From NCBI RefSeq assembly GCF_035084215.1, contig NC_090352.1, positions 9,610,001 through 9,674,000 on the forward strand: a DNA stretch of 64,000 nt, read 5' to 3'. Under the pieces are notes generated by a model. It saw only the letters and a program-made list of their open reading frames with translations. It searched no databases and had not been told where the DNA came from. Each line of letters opens with the position of its first letter. Positions within the stretch are counted from its first letter, which is position 1. Positions 1 to 12,297 of the stretch are shown in pieces. A program made the position numbers and the translations under genes. The DNA comes from Heptranchias perlo. Taxonomy: Eukaryota.

Positions 1-337
1 CTGTGCTCTGTGGTTTCTGTTTGTTTTGACCTACGTAGCATAAAAAGGAAGAGGTTTAAGGGACAGTAACTCACGTAGTAAGTATTAAAGCCATTACTCC
101 TTGCTGAATCCCCATGTATCCTTCATTTAAGACACCAAGCATTGGAGCGGAGAGGCAGAAAGCTGAAAAACTAGTCCAAGATCAAAAATAAAGATGTAAT
201 TGTTCTAAAAATAAGAGGGCACTGAACTCAGTCTTATACCACCTCACGTTTTATTATTGGTAGGAAAGTAACATGAGGCAGTCAGGAGTGAGAAGCATTG
301 CGAGGTCATCTCAGCAACTGAGAACTCATATTATGAA

Positions 338-647
338 CTTTCTTTTTCTCTTTCTTTCTCTCTTTCTAGCCTGTTTTCTTTCTCTCTTTTCTCTCCCCTC
401 CTTCACTTTTTTCTTTTTTACACCCCATCTCTTTTTCTTTCTCTCCTCCTTTTCTTCCTCTCTTTCCTGCTCTTTCTCTTCTCTCTTCCCTCCTTAACAT
501 CCTTGCTTTGTTCCTCCCCCTTCTTCACTTGTTCTTTCTTCATTCCCTCCTTCTCTATCTTGCTTTCTCTGTTCTCCTGTTTCACTTTTTATCGTCCTCT
601 CTTTCCTTTCTTCTCCCTCCTTCCCTTCTTTCTTTCTTTCTTTCTCC
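338..647. repeat. CT-rich low-complexity tract
   Basis: TTTC/CTT-rich sequence. Confidence 0.8.
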
Positions 648-3600
648 AGGGCGGGTGGATAATTGGAAGTGAATGCTGGCTCTGAAGTGAGTGATGCTCT
701 GGGCCACTGCTCACATTAAGCGCTCTTGGAAAGAAAGCAATTGACAGAACACACAGCTGCACAGTGCCGTTTCCACAGTGCAACTTCCTGCTTTACAGTC
801 ACAACAATTGGACGAGTGAAGCCCTTTTACGCACCAACAACCCAGAGAACTTTCTCCTGATGGCTGCCTCAAGCTCTCAAACTGACCTTCTGCTGACAGG
901 GAAGTTGGGGTTGACTGGTTATGAAAGAAGAATAGAAGAACAGTAAGGTCTAGCGGGATGTGTTTTATGGCCCAGTTTTCTCCTCTCTTGAAGCCTGCGA
1001 CTCACGTAGTACAGATCTACAGATAAGGGAGGAGCACTCAGGCATCATCCAAATGGACATTCTTTATATGACAGTCTAGTCTAAGACTGTACAAGTTACT
1101 TGACCTTGTTGGGGTGGTGGGAGCAGAGCTGGGGAGGGGGCAAGAGACAACACAGACAAGCCTGATCCCGTGCTTCAGAGCAGAGTTCTGCTGGGGTGGG
1201 ACTTCCACCGCCCCTCCGTACCCATCCCCAGCCCCAGCCATTTTGATATATTGGTACTGTAGGTATTTTTTCCCCATCTTACGATGAGAACGTGCCAGGT
1301 CTCCCCTTGGCATGTTTAAGATCAGTAGGTTGCAGTGTGGGGAATTATGGATACAGACTCCCATTTCTCCATAACTCCACGATGCAGCATGTTGGAACAT
1401 TCCTGAGAGCAGCCCACGGGCGCAACGCAGTTTGGAACTGTGGACCTCAATGAATTGGATTAATTTATGCTTACTTGGAGCGTCTTGACTGAAATTATGA
1501 ATTGGAGACCAGACGGTAAATGTTCCAGCCCACTTTAACCACCGGTGGGAGTTGGGTAAAAGTCCTTGTCCTACAACACCTTGTGCGACGCTGCAGGTAT
1601 GAATGCCAATTAATGTAGGGTGGGAGGAGGCTCGTGTGGTGCATAAACACTGGCATAGACCAGCTGAGCCAAATGGCCTGTTTCTGTGCTGTAAATTCTA
1701 TGTAATTCTATGACATTCACACAGCGTGTATGTCATGAGCTAAGAAAGTGAACTCCTCGGCCAGCTCTCATTCTTCTGTTGCCCTACCAAGAACCAATAC
1801 AACATTCGAAATGTGCCAGCCCACTTTAACCACTGGTCAGCACACAGTGAGAGCTGGGTTGGAACCCAGGTCAGATAGATGGGAGGCGCTTCTCATGTAG
1901 GAGTCGTGGATGAAATAAGTTTAGGTTTCTGGAAGATGTGTTCCCATAGCAGAAAGCTGCCTATAATTAAGCACAAGTTGGTACTAAATTAACAGTCTCA
2001 CTCAGACACAACAGAATGGTCAGTGATTCTCAGATAGATCACAAAGGTGGCTAGTTAGGCAAATGGAAAGTATTGCACTAATGAAGTAGAGGATGATCTT
2101 CTGAGGTTATGACTAGGGTGCATTGTTTGAGCAGACTTCAGGGGCTTAACCCTGTATCTGACCCAAGCAGTCCCTGAGCTGGCAGTGCTTGATGCTGACA
2201 CTGGAAGACCAATCCCCAATATGTGCAACTGGCAGGCGAAGCTCCCACTGGCAACATACACTCAGAAAATCGGCCTTTGGACGTAACAGTGGAAAGTGCT
2301 CCATTCCCTAGCATGTACATTCCTCAAGTTGATATGTGCAAAAAAGTGCAGTAAAAGAAATAGATCTTAAACTATATTTGCATACACTTTTTCAGTCAAT
2401 GTGTATATAGATTTCATGAAAACCACTGCCAAACTATTGTGTGAAGTTTCACAAGGGTAGACAGTCCAATTGGCAAACTTCACATGCAACCACTTGATAT
2501 ACTCGTACTAAATTCTCAGGTCTGTTATTTTTCTGCAGGCATTAACCCATTTGAGATAGAGTAGAGGGAGCTTTGCTCTGTATTTGGGTCATGCTAAATC
2601 CAACCTGAGTGTGCTTGATGCTCGATTCCCATTCCTCAGCACTGATGTCCTTTTCCATTGTGTCGTACAGTAGACTAGTTATGAGGCATTTTAGAGTAAC
2701 CCATAAGGATTATGTCAGTATTCTTCCCTGTGGCAGTTACTGTAATGAAGAATTTTTTGTACTCTGCTATTTCATACAATTTTTTAACAACCTTTTTGCT
2801 CTGGTGGCGGGTGAGTAAAGCTCCATTGATGTATTATGGAAGTATTGTTAGTTGTCTATGAACTGATTTGGGGATAAACAAAACACAGAGAATAATAAAC
2901 GTTTAAAGAAGAGAACAAGATAGATTTGTTTTCACTTGATTCACTGTCTCACAGAATGGGTGAGGGCCGTCTGTTCAGTGATTCGTTCTGAGACTTAAAA
3001 ACATGTAATGGTTCAGACACAGCCTGGAACACGAGTCAAGAAACAAGTGTAGCGGAAATGACTGTTGGTGATGTTCTCGAATGCTTAGTGTGCTCCTATC
3101 AAACTCGTCTCTCTGTCATTTTAATGGAGGCCTTAGCCCATTTTCTTTGTTGCGGTCACAGTGTGAATATCTATCAGATGATCACATTTTTAAAAATTTC
3201 CCCACCAGGCACCTGTACTGTGATATTAGTACAGGCACAAGTATTTCTGACATGACAGATTTAAACTCCGAGGGCACAGATACTGTATTTTTTGTTAGTC
3301 CGGATTGGTTTAGTTACAAACTTACTGGTTCTCCATTACAATGTAATTCTGTACAGCTGCATGTTCAATCTTAAACTAGAATTAATTGTAAATGAATATT
3401 TACAATTAAACAATGAGGCTCTGATTCATCTGGATTAAATTCAAGGTATTGGAACACCCCACAGTCTAACGTGTTGGAACGGGTTTCACTCCAAAGTGGC
3501 ACAAATAAAAAGATAGGCAATTCCAATACGGAAAATTAAAGAGGGTGTTTTACCATCTGTACCCCCTTTAAAAAGGGAGTCTCATCGTCCTGATCCCTTT

Positions 3601-4344
3601 TCAAGAAGGAGTCTTATCATGAGGAACTCTATTACACAGGGAGCCTTGCACTTAGGGTCCTTTAAAAGGGCTACCACCTTCATGATACAGTGCTGTCAAA
3701 CATTTATTTTCTTTGTGTACAAACAGATTGTTGAAATACATGATCGTGTCACTAGTACAGGCACGATGGGCCAAATGGCCTCCTTCTGTGCTGTATCATT
3801 CTACGATTCTATGATACACATTCTTGTCACAAGAAACTCTGCACCAGGATGACTATTGAGTAAAATCTAACCCATTACTATAGCTTCTTCAGCAGAACCA
3901 CATTGAAAATGTTATGAAAACTCCCCCGATAGATCCAGCAAGCTTATAATCATACCTCAGCAAGCGTCACTATCTGTAGATAGATCAATGGGTAAATGCG
4001 TCACACTGTGCAGAATGTGGCTGTTCAAAGCTAAATCTGGACCATAGTGGGGTAGGGTACAAGAGGACCCAGGGGTGCTGTGCTAGGAAGGGGAAATCAA
4101 ATCAACCAGGTACCCTTCCCAATGTCTATTCAACTTTCTATGCTGGAAAGTGTATACTTGTGGACATTGGGTAAAGACGAGAGCAGACAGAGCTGTGATA
4201 TCCCCCATGGTTAATGGCCTGCGGGCACACAGAATTACATAGAATTTACAGCACAGAAGTTGACCATTTGGCCCAACAGGGCTATGCCGGTGTTTCTGCT
4301 CCATGCGAGCCTCCTCCCACCCTACTTTATCTAACCCTATCAGA

Positions 4345-4650
4345 ACATCATGAGACCTCTACCACCTAGGAGGACAAGAGCAGCAGGCACATGGGAACAA
4401 CACCACCTGCACGTTCCCCTCCAAGTCACACACCATCCCGACTTGGAAATATATCGCCGTTCCTTCATCGTCGCTGGGTCAAAATCCTGGAACTCCCTTC
4501 TTAACAGCACTGTGGGAGAACCTTCACCACACGGACTGCAGCGGTTCAAGAAGGCGGCTCACCATCACCTTCTCAAGGGCAATTGGGGATGGGCAATAAA
4601 TGCCGGCCTCGCCAGCGACGCCCACATCCCATGAACGAATATAAAAAAAA
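4345..4650 (+). mobile_element. LINE 3' fragment with A tail, same family as 12298-14070
   Basis: KSWNSL...[25 protein letters not shown] tail, A-run at about 4642-4650. Confidence 0.85.
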
Positions 4651-5401
4651 ATACTATTAGGTGAGGAGTAGCAACTTGGGCAAAGTAGCAGATCCTTAAA
4701 ATCATATCTCAGCAAACGTCACTCTCTGTAGAATGGAAGGGGGAATAATTGGTGCAGGGAGGTGGGGGGGAGGGAGGGGGAATTTAACATGGAAGTCCTC
4801 ATAAAGAGCTGCAAATGGCTCTACAATTCTCATGCTCTCTCTGGTGAAACTTTACTGAGTTGGTAGTTTGATGCTGGGCAACAGTGTGAAAGCTGGAGCC
4901 TGCACAGCTAAGCAACCAATTAGACTCAACCTCACACCAATACCATGTGCACAAAGAAACCAATGTATTACTTACCGGTGCAATGTCCAATCTCCCTCGT
5001 ACTGGTAGACATACACCACACAGTAGGTTGAAGCATGTGCTGAATGAAGCAGGCCACACACACTTCAATTTAGAGACAATGGACTCTCTGGTTTGCTCTG
5101 AGTCGTTGAGAGCCACACCATGCACACACAAACAACTCAACATTGTGCAGACATGCCCAGGCAGGGACGGTGGCAGCCTGAGTTTAGATGGACATTGGGG
5201 AGCCATTAACTCCTGACCAGTTAAACCTTACCAATACGAGCGAGGGGATCATTGTTTAATTTGCTTCATACACTTTATCCCCTTAATAGAAAAAGGACGT
5301 TAAAGACTTTCTCTCCATCAGTATGATGCCGCAAATCCAAGGAAACAGTTTTCTATTGGTATCAAATGATTGTCAGCTTGAGCCACACTTATAAAATAGA
5401 A

Positions 5402-5868
5402 AGGAGAAAGACTTGCATTTATATCACGTCTTTCACAACTTCAGGATGTCCCAAAGCGCTTCACAGCCAATGAAGTACTTTTTTGAAGTGTAGCCACTGT
5501 TGCAATGTAGGAAATGCAGCTGCCGATTTGCGCACAGTGAGGTCCCACAAACAGCAATGTGATAAAGGACCAGATAATCTGTTTTTAAGTGATGGTGATT
5601 GAGGGATAAATATTGGCCAGGACACCAAGGGAGAACTCCCCTGCTCTTCTATGATAAGTGTCGAGGGATGTTTTATATCCACCTGAGAGGGCAGATGGGG
5701 CCTCAGTTTAACATCTCATCTGAAAGATGGCACTTCCGACAGTGCAACACTCCCTCAGTACTGTGCTGGAGTACCCGTCTGGACTTTGTACTCAAGTTCC
5801 TGGAGTGGGACTTGAATCCACAACCTTCTGACTCAGAGGTGACAGTGCTCCCAACTGAGCCACAACTG
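5402..5868 (-). mobile_element. tRNA-derived SINE with L2-like tail (DeuSINE/SacSINE1-like)
   Basis: Minus-strand head GTGGCTCAGTTGG (A box) ... GGATTCAAGTCC (B box); tail ATAAATGCAAGTC; several homologous copies in the window. Confidence 0.75.
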
Positions 5869-5909
5869 GCACCTAAATGCAAATTCAGGGCTTTTTAGGA
5901 GGTGGAGAA

Positions 5910-6940
5910 GAACTTTCATGTATCAAGATAAAGTGTGGAGCAAGATGGTGCCAGTGTTGCACTCCAGGCCAGATAAGCACAGGTTCAAAACTGAGATGTT
6001 TGGCTGAAGAAGGTCATAGAGATGGGGTAAATCAAAGTAAATGAGAGCTTTGCTGGCGAAGAGCAAGATTTTAAAGTGGATCCTCTGGGGACAGGGCATC
6101 AGTGGTAGTTGACGAGGGTGGATGGTGAGGGATGACAGGGTATCAGTGTGGGATGGATACAAGCTGCAGATTTCTGGATGAGTTGGAGTATGTATAGGGT
6201 GGACTTGGGGAAGCTGCTCGGGAGAGCGTTGGAAAAGTCGAGTCTTGAGGTGATGAAGGCGAGTCTGAAGGTGGACATGCAATATTCCAGAGGTGGAGGT
6301 AAACAACCCTGGTGATGGATAGGATGTGGGCTTTGAAGCTCATCTCAGGACGTTGCACAACTGCAGGTTCAGCGTGACGGAGCATCTGAGGAGGAAGATG
6401 GGGCCTGAGACTTGAGGTTTCTTGCAAGAGCTGAACAAGATAATTTCAGTCTTGGTGATCTGCAAAACGTTCCGAGTCATCCAGAACTTGATATCAGTCG
6501 GACCTAGTGAAATCAGGGGTACAGACCAGCTGGTAGAGCTGTGTGTCATTGGTGTACATAAGGAAACAAATCACATGAATGCAGATGATGTTGCTGACTG
6601 GCAGCATATAGCTAGAGACTGGGAAGGAGCAAAGTATGATGCCTTGGGGCACACAGGAGGTGACTGTGGGCAATGGGAGGACAAACTAGTGGAGGAGGTA
6701 AACTGACGGCATTGAACAAGGAGGAATGGAACCAGGAGAGGGCAGTGTCATGGAGGTGGACCACCAAGGAGTAGCAGTGGAGGAAGATGGAGTGGCTGGT
6801 TGTGTTGAACGTTGTGGAAAGGACAAGGAGAGATAGTTAAACAGGACAGCGTTGGTGATTATGGGCAAAATGAAGACCTGATTCTAGGGGTTTGAACAAG
6901 AAGTGGTGGGAGAGGCAGACATGGGATTGGAAGTCATAGA
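5910..6940 (-). mobile_element. L2-like LINE remnant
   Basis: DIKFWMTRNVLQI..KTEIILF, YLHLWNIA, RIHFKILL motifs. Confidence 0.7.
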
Positions 6941-7645
6941 GTAAAGCCCCTTCTGTTCTGCCCCAACTTGGGAAAACTTCCTCCTACTTTACCAGTGTGA
7001 ATCTTTAATTTCTCACCTCAGCCATGCTTGTGATCTCTTGAATGACATGAGCTAAGGGACTAACCATAGGGCTGGCTATTTGAGAGGCTGTGAAAGAACT
7101 GACTGGCTGGGATTCTGGCTGAGGTCACAGACAGTGGACTGGCTGGGCAGGCTGCCTGGTGAGCAGATTGGCTATGGGACTAGTTGGAGGGTCTGGCTGA
7201 GGGCCTTTCTGACCCACCTAACATTGACTTTTCAATAGTTCCTAATATGGCTAGTTGAATAGCAGAATACACACATGAACCTGAATTGATATTTTCTAGT
7301 TTTAAATACAGATTATTATTAATCAGTTTTGTCTTCATTTCACTAAAATTATAGAGTTCTCTTAATTAAAAATATCAGCTAACTCAAATTGTTGTGAGCA
7401 CTAAATTCCCACTGTGTGCTATTATTTACATTGCTTATCTCAAATTATTGGGTAATACATTTTTTTAATTCACAAAATGACTGGACTATTGGCAGCAGAC
7501 TGTATATTTAATGCAGGGAGAATGATTGGCTGTACTGAGCTATGCCAGACACCAGCAGACAGGAATTGGTTAAATGATCCACATTCTTTCTTGTTTCTGA
7601 ATTAAGGTAGATCTGATATTAACCCTTGCAGTCAGCAAATAGATT

Positions 7646-8008
7646 GTCTCACAAGGACAATAAATGCCCCAGGTCAGTCTCACAAGAACAATAAATGCCC
7701 CAGATCAGTCTCACAAGAACAATAAATGCCCCAGGTCAGTGTCACAAGGACAATAAATGCCCCAAGTCTGTGTCACAAGAACAATAAATGCCCCAGGTCA
7801 GTCTCACCAGGACAATAAATGCCCCAGGTCAGTCTCACCAGGACAATAAATGCCCCAGGTCAGTGTCACAAGAACAATAAATGCCCCAGGTCAGTCTCAC
7901 AAGAACAATAAATGCCCCAGGTCAGTCTCACCAGGACAATAAATGCCCCAGATCTGTCTCACCAGGACAATAAATGCCCCAGGTCAGTCTCACAGGAACA
8001 ATAAATGC
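7646..8008. repeat. Minisatellite, 31-bp unit (AATAAATGCCCCAGGTCAGTCTCACAAGAAC), about 11-12 copies
   Basis: Direct periodicity, e.g. TAAATG at 7661 and 7692. Confidence 0.95.
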
Positions 8009-10627
8009 ATTTTTCCTGCCTAGCCCGTATCATTCTGCTAATTTTGTGTATCGCAATTAGGTCTGATGCAGATTCCTAATATCGGGGGAAAGGAGCGAAT
8101 AAGGCGATCTTTAAAATCACCTGAACCTCACTGAATAAAGCCTGACTGTCACTCAATGTGATCCAGTCAATGTTGGGGGTAGGAAGAAAGGAATGGGTAA
8201 GGACAGTTTTCATCACATTCTCAAAGGAACTTAAAAAAAAATTGATTTGGAAATTGCAAAATTGTCCCAGAGTGTTTAAGTTGAAGACTACAACACTGTT
8301 CAGTTGAAAACAACTTGCATTTATATAGTGTCTTTAATGTAGTAAAAGGTCCCAAGGCGCTTCACAGGAGCGTTATCAAACAACATTTGACACCGAGCCA
8401 CATATAGTAGGACAAGTAAATTAATCTTAACAGTTGCTTGGGATGCTCAAGTGACAGATGCGATTCCATCACTGTTTAATTTTCCCTCACACATTCGCGC
8501 TCTATGTGAATTGTGCATTTGCAGATGTGAGATCTGATGTCATCCCTTTAGACAGGTGTGAAGGGAAAAGCAGCGAACAAAGAATTTGTGTGAAAACGCC
8601 TCACGTAGCTCTTATCTCAGGAAAAAAAAACACAATCACTGTATTAATCTGAAAAACGAGCTGCTGATAATATCCATTCTATCAAACAGGGCAATGGTTC
8701 CTCATTGAACACGCTCGCTGTCTGTTCTCTTACCTTCTTTAGGCCCAGCTATTGCTGCAGAGCCTCGGCCCACTGGACTGGAATGCTTGTTGACCCGGCC
8801 TGGGGCTTTCAGCCCACTTGGTTTCAGCAGGCTCATTTCCCTAACGTCTACGTCTCTCTCTCGTAGACAATACTCGTTCTCTAGGAGGGCTGGTGATTAG
8901 CTCAGACATCTCTCCAGCTTGCCGTTCCTCCCATCCTGACAGGACCTAATTGTTAAACAGAAAGGGGAAAAAAAATCTGCATCACAGCCTTAATCAACCC
9001 GACTCTCTTGACTGGCAGAAGGAGATGACAGAAGCCCACCCAATCTCCGACACACGAGCTGCTTCAGCTTCAAGAGAGAGCCCCTTATTCATCGCTATTG
9101 TAGTTTCAGCAGCATCCTTACCGTCTCTTTCCTCTCATCCAGCTCCCTGTGTTACACTGATTCTCGGTGCTCTCGCTGACGCCCGCCCCTGGGCTGTAGT
9201 CCTGCCGCAGCTCTCCTGCCTCTCCCTTTGGCTGCTCGGGTAGGATGCAGAAAAACTGAGAAAAGCTGACAGCACCCAGTCACATGGAGCTGCACAGACA
9301 CACTTGCGTCCTCTTCGCTCCGGTGAGGATTGGAGGAATGAAGCACAGCACGTTTGCCAGTCATTCAGGGCTCGGAATCCAGGAGCTGTCCAATGCTGGC
9401 TTCTGCAACAACAAAAAAACCCCAGCAATTATACAAAGCAGCAGAAGCCACCGACGGCCTAATGAGCTTCCACTGCCCCCGGGACTGAAATTTCCTTAAT
9501 TCTGGACAACCAGCACAAGAGACTGGCTCCTTCTGATCCAGTGTGCTTCAAACGGGAGGGCTTGCAATGCACTGAAAAGCTGTGATTGACTCCCAGCTCT
9601 GCTGAATAAATGAACAAAAGGAAAGTGATAGGGGGAGGGCGCTGCCTCTTCCAGCTGCCTGTTGTTTCTTCGCCAGCCTGGCTTATGGATTATTCATTGG
9701 GGAAGCAGCTGGGACAGGAAATGAATGTCAAACAAAGGCGGAAGCTCGAATCTGGTTAGAGTGTTGCTGCTCTCAATCTGCCTCAGAAAATTCTGCTGCA
9801 CATAAAGCATGTCGTGCTGAGGAAACAGTTAAATCGTGTAGTTTTCACAGCAGCACTGTGTAACTCTGATGTTTTAATCACTCACAAAGAACAATAAATA
9901 CTTTTAAAAACAAAATCATTCTTTTTTTAAATGATTATTCTAAAACTTGATGTTCAATTGACCTCTACATCCCCAGGATGGGGAGCGAGGAAATCAGGCA
10001 GCTTCGAGGTCCTGATCACAATCCAGTGACCCCTGCTGGAAAGTGTAAGAGTCGTGACATTGGGTGAGAATAATGTTAGGCTCAGCTGTGATGCCTTCCA
10101 CGGTAGAATATCTGCCAACACTCACTGAGTTCGCACGTGAAGAGCTGTCATTTTGAATGAGATACTGGAGGGCTGCTGGCACTCATACAACCGTATCGAG
10201 TATTTCAGTACTAGCGCAGCAGCAGAGGAGACTGGGTGGCACAGCGGATTAGAACAATGGCTGTTCCCTTCGGGGCTTTAGGATCAAATGCAGTCCAGGC
10301 TTATGGTCTGAGAGTCTCCTCCCTCAGCTGGCCACATGGTCCTGGGTGAGATGAGTTTGTCCAGTCTCAACTCAGTTCCCAGGGGGCCCACAAAGTGCTA
10401 ACTGCCAGTTAGTGCTGAATTATAGGTACTTTAGTGCTGAGGCCTGGCACCCATTAGCAATGACATTGAGACTGACCAAATCTATTGCACACAGGCCCTT
10501 TATTGCTGGTACAATTCCTGATAACCATAACGTGCTCCTGTCGCATTGAAGCTTTGTGCCGGAAGACAAAAGACAAAATATAAACCTAAATTCCCTCCCT
10601 ACCTCGCCTGGGGGAAAATAATCCAGC

Positions 10628-11460
10628 GTTGTTATTAATATCTCTGTAACCCTCTACTTTTAATATCACTATAACCTACAGTGTTAATACCTCTATAACC
10701 CTCAGTGTTATTAATATCACTATAACCCTCAGTGTTATTAATACCTCTATAACCCTCAGTGTTATTAATATCACTATAACCCTCAGTGTTATTAATATCT
10801 CTATAACCCTCAGTGTTATTAATATCTCTAAAACCCTCAGTGTTATTAATATCACTATAACCCTCAGTATTATTAATATCTCTATAACCCTCAGTGTTAT
10901 TAATATTTCGAAAACCCTCAGTGTTATTAATATCTCTATAACCTTCAATGTTATTAATATCTCTATAACCCTCAGTTTTATTAATATCTCTAAAACCCTG
11001 TGTTATTAAGATCTCTATAACCCTCAGTGTTATTAAGATCTCTATAACCCTCAGTGTTATTAATATCTCTTTAACATTCAGTGTTATTAATATCTCTATA
11101 ACCCTCAGTGTTATTAATATTTCAAAAACCCTCAGTGTTATTAATATCTCTATAACCCTCAGTGTTATTAATATCTCTATAACCCTCAGTGTTATTAAGA
11201 TCACTATAACCCTCTGTGTTATTAATATCTCTTTAACATTCAGTGTTATTCATACCTCTAAAACTCTCAGTGTTATTAATATCTCTATAACCCTCAGTGT
11301 TATTAATATCACTATAACCCTCAGTGTTATTAATATCTCTTTAACATTCAGTGTTATTCATATCTCTAAAACTCTCAGTGTTATTAATATCTCTATAACC
11401 CTCAGTGTTATTAATACCTCTATAACCCTCAGTGTTATTAATATCTCTATAACCCTCAAT
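10628..11460. repeat. Minisatellite, 27-bp unit (ATAACCCTCAGTGTTATTAATATCTCT), about 30 copies
   Basis: Direct periodicity; produces the 9-aa repeat pseudo-ORFs 10635-11204. Confidence 0.95.
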
Positions 11461-11469
11461 CCTCCCTCT

Positions 11470-11900
11470 CAACAGATATTGATCCAGCCCCCTTTTAAGC
11501 TGTCACTGATCCGAAATGACTATTCACTATTCTACGGGAATGAATGGTTTTTGACTAAGTTCTAACTTTGCTTGAGGCTTTTGAATTCTGTACTTATGCC
11601 CTTTAATCATATGTTTATTATACAAGTTAAATAGCTTTCTTACAACACGTTAGCCTATATCTTTTATTTTGAAGACCGGTATCATGTCCTCCCTCAGTCT
11701 TCTTTGCTCCAGCCAAAATAAGTTCAGTCTTTCTTCATAACTTAGCCCTCTATGGGCTCGAGTCACCCTGGCTACTCTTGTATTCACCGTTCCTAATGCA
11801 TCTATATTTTTGTTGAGATAGGGCAACCAAACCTGCACTCCACACTGCAGAACTGGCCTCCCCATTGATCTGTACAACATCATTATAATTTGTTCTGAAT
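11470..11900 (-). mobile_element. Old CR1 LINE fragment
   Basis: LYRSMGRPVLQCGVQVW, LSYEERL, RRLREDMI. Confidence 0.7.
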
Positions 11901-12297
11901 CCAATACCCTCCAGATCTGTTCCGCCCAGTTCAAAGAAAAAGCAGCATTGAGCATGGCTGCAAAGTTACGCAGTGTCCAGGTCATTCCATGTCTGGGAGA
12001 GGAGACAGTGCATCTGGGGTGGAGGAACTGGATATCTAAAAAGGTGGATTGGGGAGAATTACGCTCTAAAGCTTTGGTACTTCTATAAAGAATGATTCAA
12101 TGAGGAGCTGATGCTGGCTCCTCTAGATTTCAGAAAAGTATGACTGGAAATGCATGCAGAAAAATGCCAGCATCTCTGAAGAAGGCCTATAACCACAATC
12201 TATGGGATTGGTCTTTGTAATAATAAGCAACAATAACATACCTTAAAAAGATGTGAAGAAATGGATTACAGTTCAATGGCATTGTTTATACCATTTT

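Noticed and set aside
5795-5868. tRNA-like sequence with A and B boxes (also near 38840, 51650, 59540)
   Set aside because: Heads of SINE copies; no complete cloverleaf, so not called tRNA genes.
7646-8008. CRISPR-like appearance of regular repeats (also 22358-22657 and 26440-26640)
   Set aside because: Head-to-tail tandem units without unique spacers, no cas genes, vertebrate DNA.
10635-11204. 189-aa and 90-aa repetitive ORFs (EGYRDINNT / ILITLRVIE)
   Set aside because: Translations of a 27-bp minisatellite with no splice or start context.
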